A DNA stretch of 64,000 nucleotides from Octopus vulgaris (lineage: Eukaryota). This document shows positions 12,790 to 29,165 of the stretch, piece by piece. Position numbers and translations under genes: made by a program. Under the pieces are notes generated by a model. That model worked only from the letters and a program-made list of their open reading frames with translations. It searched no databases and had not been told where the DNA came from. The stretch is from assembly GCA_951406725.2 (NCBI GenBank), contig OX597814.1:77748001-77812000 (forward strand), read 5' to 3'. Every line of letters starts with the position of its first letter. Position 1 is the first letter of the stretch.

Positions 12790-13105
12790 GTCATGCATGA
12801 CCATGGGATTGCACCTAGAAGGTTACCCTCTGAGGCACAAATCTGGGCAAGGTTCTTTATGGAAGACCAGCAGTCGCTTCTGCTTACCAGCCTCCCCTCT
12901 CCATGCTGTTGATGTTATCCAAGGGAAAAGCAAAATCTGATACAGCTTGGCACCTGTGATGTCACAACTAATTTCTACTGCTTAGTGAACTGAAGCAATG
13001 TGAAATAAAGTGTCTTGCTCAGGGACACAGCACACAGCCCGGTCTGGCAATCAAATTCACTACCTTATGATTGTGAGCCTGATACTCTAACCACTAAGCC
13101 ATGCA
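12790..13105 (-). mobile_element. tRNA-derived SINE family D (V-domain-like); related copies 30360-30690 (-), 38715-39035 (+)
   Basis: shared GTGTCC.TGAGCAAGACACTTTATTTCACATTGCT.CAGTTCAC core. Confidence 0.6.
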
Positions 13106-13613
13106 CTTTCTGTTATCAATGTCATCCTCATCATTATTTCACATCCCTTTTTTCCATTCTGGTATGGGTTTGATAGCAACTGACGAACCAGAGAACTACA
13201 CTGAGTTCTAATTACACTATACCTTGAAAAAGATGGGTTGATCTAGGACTGGATACTTTTGATGATAGAGCTGCTCAGTTAAGGCTAACCTAAGGTTAAG
13301 CAACACTAGTTTCATAGGATAGGGATTTGCTGAGAGTTACATATGTCTTTATTTTAGGCTTTATAAATGAGAGCAAAGTTTACATGTCAGTGATGTAAGA
13401 CACTGGTACTCAAGTTGTTGGACACAACCACTTGAGGTGTCAATGACACAATAAAATTATACCCAATTAACTTGTTTTATAGTACTGAGAACTATAATCA
13501 TCCATGTTAAGTGAAACCAATATAACTTTTCAAAACTTTTATCTAATTATAACTGAAAGAAAAAAATAGTAATGACTCTCATTTGTATGATCAAATGCTA
13601 TAATTTTTGTCAG

Positions 13614-13669
13614 GAAAGAAGAAAATGTTGATCTCCACTCTGTGTCTACTAAAGATTTTCTATTGAAAG
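13614..13669 (+). CDS. CEP162: CEP162 exon 4
   Basis: ttgtcag acceptor, AAG|gtattt donor; KKEENVDLHSVSTKDFLLK; phase 2 to 1. Confidence 0.7.
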
Positions 13670-15098
13670 GTATTTATAGTCTTCTATTCCCCACTCTTTT
13701 TCATTCCTTTTATGTTTATTTTCCTTTTCTTTCAACCATTATTTAATATTGGTTTCAAATTTTGGCACAATGCTAGCAATTTTGGGGGAGGGCTAAGTCG
13801 ATTACATCAACCTCAGTGCTCAACCTCTCTTATTGATCCTGAAAGGATGAAAAGCAAAGTTGACCTCTGCGGAATTTGAACTCAGAACATAAAGACAGAC
13901 AAAATGCTGCTGAACATTTTGCTCTCCTCACTAACAATTCTACCACCTTGCCGCTTTAACAACTGTTAATATTATAATTAGTTTTTTTGCCATTAACCCT
14001 CTCATGGTCAATAAAATAAGTACCAGTTGCACTCTAGGTTTAATGTAATTGCCTTACATTATCCCCTGAAATTATTGGTCTTGTGCCAAAATTTGAAACC
14101 AAAATTAACAATTCATTTTGATTTTCCATTTTATGTAAAGTTAAAAAAATAAATGGGCCTTCATTGGGTTGTCAATGAGTATTCAGCTGTTTGATCAGTT
14201 GTACTAGATATTCATTGAATATACTTATAAGTGGCTGTGTATTCCTGAGACATGTAATTTTCAGGCAAGAATCAGCATGTCATAGTGTGACAAAGCTCAG
14301 CCTTTGAATTACGGGTACAACCCATGTGAAGGGCTTTCACACAGTTATCATTCACCCAATTTCACTGACAAGCCTTGGATCTATCCAAGGCTATGACAAA
14401 TTATGCTTGCACAAGATGTCATGCAGTGAGAGTGAACCTGGTACCTCATCATTGTGATAAACCTTCTTCACCATTCAACCATTCATAAATCTACACACAC
14501 CATCCACATACATACATGCAGACACACACACATGCACTCAGATCAATGAAGATTCTTGACAACAATAGGGATGTCATACACTCACATATCCACACTACAT
14601 CTTCATCAGAGCTTCTGTTGGAAATACCAGGTAAATCTCCTTCAAATCATTCCTACCATCTAAGAAAATAAGGACACATTGAGCAAAGTGGTTGTGAATG
14701 CACTGAGTATGGGATAAAAGACAGGATGGTCACAACTAGAACGTTTTTGACCATAAAGGGCTCCTCACTGAAAGCTGAATTGGAGCTAAGCAACAACACT
14801 GACAACATTCTTTCAATTGCTATTTACACAGAACAAACTTTATGCAAGAATTTTCTGTATCTGTTTTGTGAACTAACATCATATTTCTCATTTCACACAT
14901 CTCCATGGTTCACTGAGCCAGTAAGTCTTTATGATGTGTGTTATTATAGAGATGAAAGTTCAAATCTGAATCTCGATAGGAAACCAATCTGTTGCTAGTA
15001 ACTTACCTTATGGGAAGGTTTTCAACTTGGTTTTGCAGGTTAACAAATCCTCTGCTATTTCTGTGGGTTTAATATTTTTTCTACAACTTTACTTTCAG

Positions 15099-15178
15099 AA
15101 ACTGGCTCTTCTCATCCAGTTCAAGTCCCAGGTCCAGATACTTTAGATGAAATGGCAGACAAACAGAAGTTTTTTTCA
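15099..15178 (+). CDS. CEP162: CEP162 exon 5
   Basis: ctttcag / gtgagt; ETGSSHPVQVPGPDTLDEMADKQKFFS resembles the vertebrate CEP162 GLDTLEE...KEQFF motif (from memory). Confidence 0.85.
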
Positions 15179-16483
15179 GTGAGTTTCTCTGCTTTCTTTA
15201 TTGTATCCCTTATTCCTTGTTGAGTCCTGTTTTGATGAGATCCTTGGTTTTATTTAGACCTTCTTTCCTCCCTCCCTCCCCCTCCCTTCCTTCCTTCCTT
15301 CCTTCCTTCCTCATCACCATCACTACCACCACCATCAACATTACATTGTCATTGTTGTCATAGTTATTATAGTTGTCATCATCGTCGTTGTCATCATCAT
15401 CATCATCATGCATGTCTTTCTGAGCTTCTATGGCTTGGATAGGTATCACAATTCTTGCTACTTGTTGCAGTCCATTGTCATCTGTTACACCTACAACAAC
15501 AGAAAAACTGAACCAAATTTGTTGTTGTAAATGACATATGTTTTTTGTTTTGTTTTCTTTTCACAGCTGGATACCCTTCCTATCATCAAATCACACTGCA
15601 ACCTATGGTTTAAGCTGAGTGCATTTTATCATGCCACCAGAAGTAGAGAAGCTGTCTGTGGCAGGACTAAAAATCCCCTTTATCCCCAATACTCTTTATC
15701 ATCATCATCATCGTTGTCGTTTAGCATCCTTTTGCCATGCTTGCATGGGTTGGACAGTTTGACATGGAACTGGCTAGTAGGGAGCTGTCCAGAGTCTGAC
15801 TGTTGTGGCATGGTTTACAGCTGGATGCCTTTCCTATCTCTATCCACTTAACAGAGTGTGCTGGGTGCTTTTTACGTGCCACTGGCATGGGTGTTTTTAC
15901 ATAGCACCAGCATGGGTGCATTAATGTAGCACTGGCACGGGTGCTTTTCAAGTGGTACCTGCACCTGAAGAACAAGCCTGTATGTGTGGAAGACAGCGAT
16001 TTTACTTAGCTTATCAAGAATAGAAAGTACTTAGTTTTATCAAGTACAGCAAATCACCACATCTCCCGATGGGACTCTTTATCTCATCTAGATTGGTTAG
16101 GTGTAATGTTGGATGCACCCTGCAGCATCTACACTTGCTTTTCTTTTGTTGTATTTGATATATTTTTTTTACGGTTGCATGTACTCTCTATCACCAATTG
16201 CAGCATGGTCTGGGTGCATTTTATTGTGCAACTGGCATCGAGAAGCTACCACTGACAAAACCTCTTTACTTTACACCACTTTTGTTCAGTCCTTCCTCTT
16301 ACCAGTCACTTTGCAACATTGGGTATAATTTTATTGTGTCATTGACACCTCAAGTGGTTGTGTCCAACAACTTGAGTACCAGTGTCTTACATCACTGACA
16401 TGCATTCTTTATTATTTTGAATGGCTTTTGCAACTGGATGCCCTTCATGTCACTAAACACACACACATACATTTATATATATT

Positions 16484-16870
16484 ACTCTTTTACTTGTTTC
16501 AGTCATATTGACTGTGGCCATGCTGGAGCACCGCCTTTAGTCAAGTAAATCGACCCTAGGACTTATTCTTTGGAAGCCTAGTACTTATTCTATCGGCCTC
16601 TTTTGCCGAACCGCCAAGTTACGGGGACGTAACCACACCACCATCGGTTCTCAAGCGATGTTGGGGGGACAAACATACACACACACACACACACACATAC
16701 ATATATACGACGAGCTTTTTTCAGTTGCCATCTACCAAATCCACTCACAAGTCTTTGGTCGGCCCGAGGCTATATAGTAGAAGGCACTTGCTCAAGGTGC
16801 CACGCAGTGGGAATGAACCTGGAACCATGTGGTTGGTAAGCAAGCTACTTACCACACAGCCACTCCTCTA
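16484..16870 (-). mobile_element. Family A SINE, near full length and CpG-rich (young)
   Basis: reverse complement of the 10200-10610 consensus. Confidence 0.85.
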
Positions 16871-17159
16871 CCTATATATATATATATGTATGTATATATA
16901 TATATGTATATATACATATACTACGATTATTAAGCTAATCAAGTTCTTTATTTCAAACCAAACTAAGTAATATAGATGTCAAATTTGGGCGAAATCCATT
17001 GAAATTAGTTATATTATATATAAATATATTATATATATATTATATATATATATATATAATATAATATAAATATATATGGGCAACAGACACGAACACACAT
17101 ACGCACACGTACGTACACCTATTGCATGTTTTGTGCACTCATACATGTTCATAAACAGA

Positions 17160-17958
17160 AATGAATGGAAAAAATGTTGTTAAATTTGTAGATTAACACT
17201 TGCACAATTTCCACTAAGAAAAAAAATCGTTTTTTTTGCATGGAATCAACTACTCTGGCCTCAAAACCCTTTTTGTAGTCCGTGAAACGGAGTGGGGTGT
17301 TGGGGAAGCCTCGCAAATTATACCCTTTTATATTGTGTTATTCACTGACAAATTGTTACTCACCTCTTTGTTTCTTTGTTGTTAAATAAATGGATTGTCA
17401 ACAAAACACTTTCTCACTCGGCGTAAAATAAAAACAAAACTCTTTCGCACCCAAAGTAATGTGTGTGAGAGAGAGAGGGGGGAGAAAGATGAATGATTTA
17501 AAATAAATAAATATATTGTAATTGTTGTGTGAGAAAGTATATATACTATGATTATAATATATAGTGTGCCTTTTAAAAACAAAAAACAAAACATTTTACA
17601 TTTTATCTTTTATGAATGTAGTCACTTACTCTCTCCCTCTCTCACTTTATCTTTCCCGTGAAACTCTCTGCCTCCTTCTTCCACTTTTTTTTATCTTATT
17701 TTTTTTTTGTTAGACGCCATCAAACAGCAATGGCTGATATTTGTTATGGTTAAAAGCTATGGTTGAAAATGGTTGAAAATAGATTTTTACCCTATCCACG
17801 GGTGCCTCGGGGAAAAAAATAAGTTGACAAAACCCAGATAGGGTGTTGACAAATTTCCTCCTAAAATTTGAGCGACATGCGTGCTAATTTGTGGATGTGC
17901 ATAAATTACAATCACGTACACATACACACACACACACATCCTCCCTTTTATAGATATG
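17160..17958 (-). mobile_element. Possible non-autonomous Helitron-like fragment
   Basis: minus strand begins TCTATAAAAGGGAGGATGTGTG, similar to the 26472 Helitron 5' end; no 3' CTAG hairpin found. Confidence 0.35.
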
Positions 17959-17989
<31 letters not shown>

Positions 17990-18007
17990 TATATATACAT
18001 ATACATA

Positions 18008-18055
<48 letters not shown>

Positions 18056-18205
18056 GCAGAACAAGAAATTAGAAATATTTGGTATTATTTATTCATCATT
18101 TCATGTGTTTCATTTGCTAATAAGAATTCCAAAGTTTTATATGTCAGGTAGAGAAATTAGGGATTTACCCTAACTACCTACATTATATTTATATATATAT
18201 ATATA

Positions 18206-18370
18206 GGCACAGGCATGGCTGTGTGGTAAGAAGCTTGCTTCCCAACCACATGGTTCCAGGTTCAGTGCCACTGCATGGAATCTTGGGCAAGTGTCTTATG
18301 CTATAGCCTTGGGCCAACCAAATCCTTGTGAGTGGATTTGGCAGATGGAAACTGAAAGAAGTCCATTGCT

Positions 18371-18409
<39 letters not shown>

Positions 18410-18605
18410 TTGTGTGTCTGTGTTTTCACCCTCCACCATCGCTTGACAACGGTGTGTTTACATCCTCGCAACTTAGCAGTTTGGCAAAAGAGACCAATAG
18501 AATAAGTATTAGGCTTACAAAAAATAAGTAGTGGAGTTGATTTGTTCGACTAAAGACTGTACTTCAGCATGGCCACAATCAAATGACAAACAAATAAAAG
18601 AATAA
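18206..18605 (+). mobile_element. Family A SINE
   Basis: full head, internal (TG)n, tail. Confidence 0.8.
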
Positions 18606-18621
18606 AAGAATATGTATATAT

Positions 18622-19186
18622 ATATCTAATTTCTATATCTATCTAATTATTTTAACTAATTTATCCATTCTCTCCTCTCGTGTATTCATCAACCATCGTG
18701 TATTCGCGCCTTCTTCTTCCGGACAACCTTTTCTTTACTTAAAAACGCAGCCCCAAACTTTTGCTCTTTCATTCATTCATTCATCTTGCAGATAAGTTGA
18801 ATGCTTATTTATTTTCACTTCTCCATCGATCATACATGCTTTCTTATCTATCTAACTATTTTTATCTAATTTCTATATCTATCTAATTATTTTAACTAAT
18901 TTATCCATTCTCTCCTCTCGTGTATTCATCAACCATCGTGTATTCGCGCCTTCTTCTTCCGGACAACCTTTTCTTTACTTAAAAACGCAGCCCCAAACTT
19001 TTGCTCTTTCATTCATTCATTCATCTAGCAGATAAGTTGAATGCTTATTTATTTTCACTTCTCCATCGATCATACATGCTTTCTTATCTATCTAACTATT
19101 TTTATCTAATTTCTATATCTATCTAATTATTTTAACTAATTTATCCATTCTCTCCTCTCGTGTATTCATCAACCATCGTGTATTCA
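18622..19186. repeat. Tandem repeat, 240-bp unit, about 2.35 copies
   Basis: identical 10-mers at 18661, 18901 and 19141; only one mismatch noticed between units. Confidence 0.95.
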
Positions 19187-19411
19187 TAACCAATACCGGA
19201 TATCTCTATATTTTTGCTCCATCCATACCGGATGTCGCTTCTCCCACCACCATAATAGGTGTCTACTCTTCGAACCCCCCTCTTCAATACGCTATTTCAC
19301 CATGCATTACCCTTCTCTTGATATCCTACGTTCTACTTGCCTAGAACCTGTCATCATTTCTCTGAACCACCCCTCCCCACTGGTGCTCCCCTATATTTCT
19401 GCACCCCCCCC

Positions 19412-19655
19412 ACATAAAAAGCACCATCCGAACGTGGCCGATGCCAGACCCCTCTGGCACCTGTGCAGGTGGCACGTAAAAAACACCCACTACACTCGCG
19501 GAGTGGTTGGCGTTAGGAAGGGCATCCAGCTGTAGAAACTGCCAGACTAGACTTGAGCCTGGGGCAGTCCCTAGCTCCCCAGACCCCGGTCGAAACCGTC
19601 CAACCCGTGCTAGCGCGGAAAACGGACGTTAAACGATGATGATGATGATGATGAT
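19412..19655 (+). mobile_element. Family B retroposon 3' end, CpG-intact
   Basis: GAGTGGTTGGCGTTAGGAAGGGCATCCAGC...GGACGTTAAAC(GAT)n. Confidence 0.8.
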
Positions 19656-19892
19656 AGAACAAGAAATTTAAATAAAGTTAATAATTTCTTATACTCTATA
19701 CTCAACTGATGCTTTTGTCTGAAGCATATGTATATTGAGTTTTAACGCCAGGTTATTAGTATCATTATGCCTAAGCAAAATGTTAAAATATATATATATA
19801 TGTATACCTTTGACCATAAGTCTCCTTGATCAAAGCTGACTTTGGGTTAAGCAATAATAACACAATATGTGTATGTCTTATTTGCTTGATAG

Positions 19893-20078
19893 GAGCTTGA
19901 AAAAGAGATGAGTGGTACACTGGACTATGGCCTTCTTAATCGTCAAATGAGCAAAACAAGTACTCAATTAGCGACTAGCTCAGTTGACTGTAACACCAAG
20001 GACAGCATGAAGCCTCAAGCAACTGGAGGAATAATAAGGAAAAACACATCTGAGACTTCAGCTAAAGTTGAACTTTTG
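19893..20078 (+). CDS. CEP162: CEP162 exon 6
   Basis: gatag / gtaatt; ELEKEMSGTLDYGLLNRQMS continues the CEP162-like LEKG..S.IDYS.LN motif; phase 0 to 0. Confidence 0.85.
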
Positions 20079-20283
20079 GTAATTTTCTTTGTATTAAAAG
20101 AAAAATTAAATCAACAATATTTGTTTGCTGGTTTAAGCTTCTTTGGTCATATGAATTTTGTGATCTTAAGGACAAATCTGTTATTGCTGAATATGTTTCA
20201 CAAATTAGATTATAAATGTCATGAAATGATGTTATGTTTTGAAAAAAGTACTGAAGTTAGTTTTTAACTAACTTTTAAATTTA

Positions 20284-20513
20284 CAGGATGTCCATAAATT
20301 ATCTTTACAACTTCCACAATTCATTGGTCTATTAAAGTTGCCATCTATCAATCTTTGCCTGTTAAATAAATATCATTAATTATTAAAGTTTTAATGTAAC
20401 TTTGTTTTAATATTCAAATCACTTTCATTTATCTTTAAAGGTGTTTATTATTTCCTTATTTTTTAATTATTCTGAATTTTTTCAAATTGTAAAGGTAATT
20501 TATAGTCATCCTG
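20284..20513. mobile_element. Tc1/mariner-like MITE
   Basis: TA-CAGGATGTCCATAAATTATCTTTACAA ... TTGTAAAGGTAATTTATAGTCATCCTG inverted termini. Confidence 0.7.
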
Positions 20514-21474
20514 GATAATTAATTGATTGAATTGTAAAGTGTGTAGAAATATATTGATCTAACCTTGATTCTTTGGTTTCTATGTTTGAACTGCATGTTA
20601 GCTTAGTGCAAAAACTATGGGCTCAAGCATAGCTGTGTGGTTAAGAAGTTTGATTCTCAACTACATCATTTTGGGTTCAGTACCACTACATGACACCTTG
20701 GCCAAGTGCTCTTCTACTATAAACTTGAGCTCACTTAGGCCTTCTGAGTGAAATTTGCAAGATGGGAATTGTGCACAAGCATGTTGAAGTAAGCATTCCT
20801 GTTCTTGGCCAGTAGACTTTATCTGTCACCACATTTAGTGCCACTATCTGACTCTTGCATCACTTTAATGGAGTCTTTTGCAAGCATTCAGATAAGATCT
20901 CTGGTCTCTTCTTCCTTTCTTCATAGTCTTGGAACCCTTGAAGAAGGTCTTAGGTGCTTACTTAATTGACTAATGTATCAAGAAAAACACAGAAAGAAAA
21001 AAAAAACTTCCAGGCTTCATAGAAATGAGTGTTTATTGTTGGGGTTTGCAGTGCTAAGACAATGAAAAATAAGTTCAAAGATAAATGTTTCTGACAATAG
21101 AATGCTTACCATATTACAGATGACTTAGTCAGTTGTAAAATTATGTCCAATACTGCTAGCAAAGAAAACCATTCTACACTGTTTGCAATACTGATAGTAT
21201 TGAATTGCATTTTCTCATGGTTTCTATTTACAACTAATTTGATTGAACCATTGAGTGTTTCTTTGCCAAGGGCTTAACATAGTATTAAGGATAAAACAAA
21301 GCCTGTCAATTCTTTGATTTGTAGCTTCATATCATATTACCATGGCTAATTGTGTAATTGTTTCTAATATATATTACTATTTTGGAGAAATTAAGTTGTT
21401 GACTGTTAGTTTTGTATCATTTAATAGCTTGTTGATAAGTTGAGAAATATAATTTTTTTTTAATGTTTATTTAG

Positions 21475-21514
21475 AAACCCCTTCCACAGCAACAACCCAG
21501 TTTGTTATCAAAAG
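21475..21514 (+). CDS. CEP162: CEP162 exon 7
   Basis: tttag / AAG|gtaaga; KPLPQQQPSLLSK. Confidence 0.8.
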
Positions 21515-22154
21515 GTAAGAAATATTTTTCAAATTACAATTTAATGAACATTGACAAAACAATAATAATTACTCTTATAATAAGAACGATGAAATTAAAA
21601 ATCAAAATTTCCATGGTTGTTAGTTAAAACTTAATTAAACCTTAGTTCTTAATACCTAGTTCTTGGATGAATTTAGTAATTATCTTTGCTGGCATAAAGG
21701 TCAGATCTTTAATCTCAGGATAACTTCTTCCCTACTTTCCAGTCTTGGAATCCCTGAAGACAGTCTTGGGCCCTTTGTGCCGCTCTTAAAGTGTGCATCT
21801 CAAAGGGCATCCGAATATGATGCAGATTTTTAAAAGTATCGTTCAAGGTTTTAGAAAGTAATATCTTTTATCACTTTGAGTCATTAGTTGGAGCACCGCC
21901 TAATTTTTTTAGAGCCAGATACTTATTCTAGTATTCTATTGTTACTGAACCACTAAGTTGTGGGGATGTAAACAAACCAACACCAATTGTCAAGTGGAAG
22001 AGGGGGACAAACGCAGACACAAAAACACACACACATAGATATATACATACATCTATACATCTATACATATACTTTGATACTTTGATAGGTTTCGGCCATT
22101 ATTGGCCCAGGCCATGTCTAACTTTAATAGCACCATATATATATATATCATTGT

Positions 22155-22750
22155 CATCATCATCATCGTTTAACATCTGTTTTCCATGCTGGCATGGGTT
22201 GGACAGTTTGACTGAGGTCTGGAAAGCCAGCGGCTGCACCAGGCTCCAATCTGATCTGGCAATGTTTCTACACCTGGATGCCCTTCCTAACACCAACCAC
22301 TCTGAGAGTGTAGTGGGTGCTTTTTATGTGCTACCAGTCTGGGAACCAGTCAGGCGGTCCTGGCATTGGTCGTGTTCAAATAGTGCTTTTTACATGCCAC
22401 CAACATAGGAGCCAGTCAGGGGCCACTGGCATCAGTCACATTTGGATGGTGCTTTTTACATGCCACTGGTACGGGAGCCAGTCAGGTGGCACTGACATCG
22501 ATCACGTTTGGATAGTTCTTTTTAAGTGCCACTGGCACAGGAGCCAGTCAAGGGGCACTAGCGTTGGCCATGTTTGGATGGTGCTTTTTACATGCCTCCA
22601 GTACGGGAGCCAGTCAGGGATCACTGGCATTGACCACATTCGGATGATGCATTTTATGTGCCACCAGAATGAGGACCAGTCAGGGGGCACTGGCCACAGC
22701 TACGATTTTGGTTTTACTTGACTCAACAGGTCTTCTCAAGCTTATTATAT
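22155..22750 (-). mobile_element. Family B retroposon with six degenerate ~63-bp internal repeats
   Basis: (CAT)n tail; repeated GGTGCTTTTTACATGCCACTGG...GGAGCCAGTCAGG units. Confidence 0.8.
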
Positions 22751-22831
22751 CACCCGATGCATCAAGGGTACTCTTAAATGGGCTGGACATACAACACTGG
22801 CATTGACCATATATATATACATAGATATATG

Positions 22832-22955
22832 CAGAGGTGGACACCGTTAATTGAAAAGTTAAATCCGTTAACCAGAAAGTTAATTTCGTTAATCGTTAAT
22901 CTGTTAATTCTTTGAAAAAGTAACGGAAGTTAAAGTTAATTCGCTAATGTTAACT
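22832..22955 (+). mobile_element. Probable hAT-type transposon end with subterminal GTTAA repeats
   Basis: CAGAGGTGGAC followed by about ten GTTAA/GTAAC motifs; no partner end found. Confidence 0.45.
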
Positions 22956-23883
22956 TTTATTGAAGAAGGTATAACTACAGTTTAATACCCCACCGATTTG
23001 TTGCCTCATAAATTCCAGAGAAATGGATACTTTTTAACGAAACTTTCACCAAATAATCACTTATATCCTGTAGGTTGAGTGTATGTAAAGATTTGTTGGA
23101 AAAAATTTTCCAAGGGGTTGGGAAGAAGTGTTTTGGAAAATTCTCTTAAAACCCATGAGAGAAACATTTTCAGTTAAAAAAAAAAAAAATTAATAATTTC
23201 ATAGGAAAATGTGTGATTAAAGGGAGATCTGGCTGTTGTTTCTAGCATATCCCAAAACCTCCCTTGTTTCTTTCTCACTCACACATCTGTTGATATTTTT
23301 CAATATTCTTCTCCCCATAAACAAATTTTATGGAATGATGATATCAAAGCAACGTACATGAAGTCCCGACTGAGCAAGGCTGTGTTATGTATGTGGGTAA
23401 GAATAAAAACACCTTTAGTGTTCATATTAATCTGTCAAATGTAATGCTTATTTGTTCACATTATTTTGAATTATTCAGGTTCAAGAAGGGTATCCACAAT
23501 ATTTGTTTGTAAATTTCTTACATACAGATTTGATAAAGCAGTATGCTATAGTCTATTTTATACATTTCTTTATCTTTACTTTTTATCTTTATCAGGCAAT
23601 ACAATAAGTGACAGAATTATTCTAAGATCAGTTCAGTTAACTCTAGGTCTCCCCATCCCCATAGAAAAAAAAATATTGTCTTGTGTCTGATTTAACAAAA
23701 CCACGTGGCTGTATGGTAGGAAGCTTGCTTCCCAACTATTTGGTTCTGGGTTCAATCCCATTATGTGGCACCTTCAGCAAGTGTCTTCTACTTTAGCTTT
23801 GGGCTAACCAAAGCCTTGTGAATGGATTTGGAAGATGAAAACTGAAAGAAGCTCATTTTATATATATATATATGTGTGTGCAT

Positions 23884-23919
<36 letters not shown>

Positions 23920-24089
23920 ATAAAATATTAGGGAATAAATCCAAACTTACAGGGAAAAATTAATTAATCTTATGTATTTAAATAATATAAATTAATTAAT
24001 CTTATGTATTTGCTTAAGTTTTTCATTGTATGATTTGCCTAATAGTGGTTTTATCTCTAATTTAATATAATATATATATATATATATTC

Positions 24090-24296
24090 TTTTACTTGTT
24101 TAAATCACTTGACTGTGGCCATGCTGGAGCACCACCTTTAGTCGAACAAATTGACCCCCAGGACTTATTCTTTGTAAGCCTGGTACTTATTCTGTTGGTC
24201 TCTTCTGTCAAACTGCTAAGTTACGGGGACGTAAACACACCAACATCAGTTGACAAGCAATGGAGAGGGACAAACATGCACACACGCATGCACACA

Positions 24297-24338
<42 letters not shown>

Positions 24339-24500
24339 ACAGGCTTCTTTCAGTTTTTGTCTACCAAATCAACTCAAAAGGTTTTGGTTGGCCTGAGGCT
24401 ATTGCAGAAGACACTTGCACAAAGTGCCACTCAGTGGAACTGAACCTGGAACCATGTGGTTGGGAAGCAAGCTTCTTACCACACAGCCACTCCTGCACCT
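24090..24500 (-). mobile_element. Family A SINE
   Basis: reverse complement of the consensus; nested among other SINE pieces (23705-24710). Confidence 0.8.
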
Positions 24501-24770
24501 ATATATATGTGTGTATCTTTTGCGTTTGTTGTCTTCTCACCACTTGACACCCAGTGTTGTTGTGTTTACAACTCCATAACTTAGTGGTCTGGTAAAAAGA
24601 GACTGATAGAGGCTTAACAAAAAATAAGTACTGGGTTGATTCATTTGACTAAAAATCTTCCAAGATGGTTCCCCAGCATGGCCACAGTCTAATGACTGGA
24701 ACAGGTAAAAGAAAAAAAAAAGAAGATATTGAATTCTTATAATTTCTTTTTTTCTTCTTATTTTTATTAG

Positions 24771-24905
24771 TTATGTTGCTTGACTCAATGGGATCTTCTT
24801 TAAATACAACGGGGACATCTGCTCCTGCTGAAGTTACTTCTCCAGCAGCAACCAAAGAAGGTTTTGCCAAAACTGAAAACCAAGCTTCTCAGAAAGACAA
24901 TCAAG
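24771..24905 (+). CDS. CEP162: CEP162 exon 8
   Basis: long polypyrimidine tract, ttag / AAG|gtagtt; VMLLDSMGSS... (CEP162-like VLLDS motif); phase 1 to 1. Confidence 0.85.
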
Positions 24906-25084
24906 GTAGTTTTAAATTTTCTTGAAATAATTGTTTTTTTAAATCATAATAGACTTTTTTACTCCTGTCACCTCATGTTATCATTGACATGTGAAATTCC
25001 ATAATCCACAAATCTTTAAAATGTTACTGTGACTAGCTTTACTTGAAAAATCATTTTTAGAAAAAATTGATGTCTACTTATGGC

Positions 25085-25522
25085 GGGAGCATGTGGAAGG
25101 GGTAGCCCCAGGAAGACATAGAATGAAGTAGTGAGAAAGAATCTTCAGATGCTGGACTTCACAGAGGGGATGGCAGAGGACTAAGACTCCTGGCAGATTG
25201 CTGTGCTTGAGAAGGCATATCAAACTAAGTAAAATCGTGGTTGTCCTTGCATACAGGCATGTTGCCTACATCCCTCTCCAGCTGAACATTCCTAATCTTG
25301 CAGACTTGTGGCTGCTGGTGCTATGTAAACACACCTGTATCAGTGCTGTGTAAAAGCACCCAGTACACTCTGTAGAATGGTTGGTGTTAGGAAGGGCATC
25401 CAGCCATAGAAACCATGCCAAAATAGGCATGGAGCCCAGGCAGCTCTTCAGCTAGTCAGCTCCTGTCAAACCATCCAACCCATGCCAGCATGGAAAACAG
25501 ATGTTAAATGATGATGATGATG
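25085..25522 (+). mobile_element. RTE LINE 3' end (ORF end plus 3' UTR)
   Basis: 5' part matches the RTE ORF end at about 63805-63930 and runs directly into family B sequence, indicating family B is this LINE's 3' UTR. Confidence 0.75.
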
Positions 25523-26471
25523 TAAGGCATTAAGCCAGAAAGTTAATTTGTTTCAGTTATTGAATTACAGCTAGTTGACAGATAGGTTATTGAAATGCTA
25601 CATATGATTATGCATTGGCGAAACCCAAAATGCTTAATAGTCAATAATCAATAGTCAAGTGAACTTTGCTGTCCACAAGTACCCAGAGTGGACAAAATCA
25701 GTGTTGTAAATAGTAGAAACACTGTAAAATTGGTTAGTACTCTCATAGTGAATATAGTTTTGAGAATATCTCTGCAAGGCTGACTTGATCTAAATTCAAC
25801 TGCATGCAATATGTCTTAGGACTGTTGACAAAGAACTGAGTACAAGTAATTCACATTTTGTTGTTTATTTTCAGGTTAGCTCTTATTGATCAGATTTACA
25901 ATAAAAAATATTTCAGCTGTGACCATCTTGACAGTTTATATATTTAGAACCACAATGTTTAATGTATCTTCTGTTATTTTTTTGAATGGTGGTGTGTGAT
26001 TTGAGGGAAATTTAGCTGGCATTCTGAAAATAGACACTCACTTATTAGTCCTTGCTAGGCCTTGTAATGAGTGAAAGAGAACAATGTTTATCTGGATTCT
26101 TTATTGTATCACAAATACCTTGGCGTGCACTTCTATCAGTAATAGGTGCTGCTGTTATTGAAAACTAATCTAAGTTTCAACATTGCTCATCTCACACACA
26201 CACACACACTGTCATCGTCATCATCATCATCATCGTCATTAATATATATATAATAATATTAGGGAGTATAACTCCAAACTTACAGGGAAAAATTCAATTT
26301 AGTATTAAATCAAATTTCACAATATAATATATAATATATATAAATTAGAGAAAAAACACTATTATGTAATTCAAACAATGATTGACATAAACCAAATAAA
26401 TAAAGAAAAAAATAAAATATATTATAAAACATATAACAGATCACAAAAAGTACAAACAAATGAATAAACAA

Positions 26472-28825
<2,354 letters not shown>

Positions 28826-28842
28826 TATATAATAAGTAAAAA

Positions 28843-28943
28843 GACTACGTATGTTTGTGGCTATAACTTCAATTTGAATTACAATTAAATTTAAATTTAA
28901 TCAAAAAACAATTCAATTTAAAAGTATAGTCACTCCTCAGGTC
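28843..28943 (-). ncRNA. Hammerhead motif, mirror copy with G of GAAA lost (likely inactive)
   Basis: minus strand: gac CTGAGGA gtg...cac AAA catacg TA gtc. Confidence 0.5.
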
Positions 28944-29165
28944 AACAATAACAATAATAGTCACATAAATAATCAAATAGAATTAAACAATATTTCTTAA
29001 AGAAATAAAAATCATGATTGTTCTTATAGAAGAAACTCCGTTAACTAAATTTGAAACTTAAAAAGTAGGACCAAGTTCTATAAGAACAATCATGATTTTA
29101 TTTCTTGAAGAAATATTGTTTAATTCTATTTGATTATTTATTTAACTATTATTGTTATTATTGTT

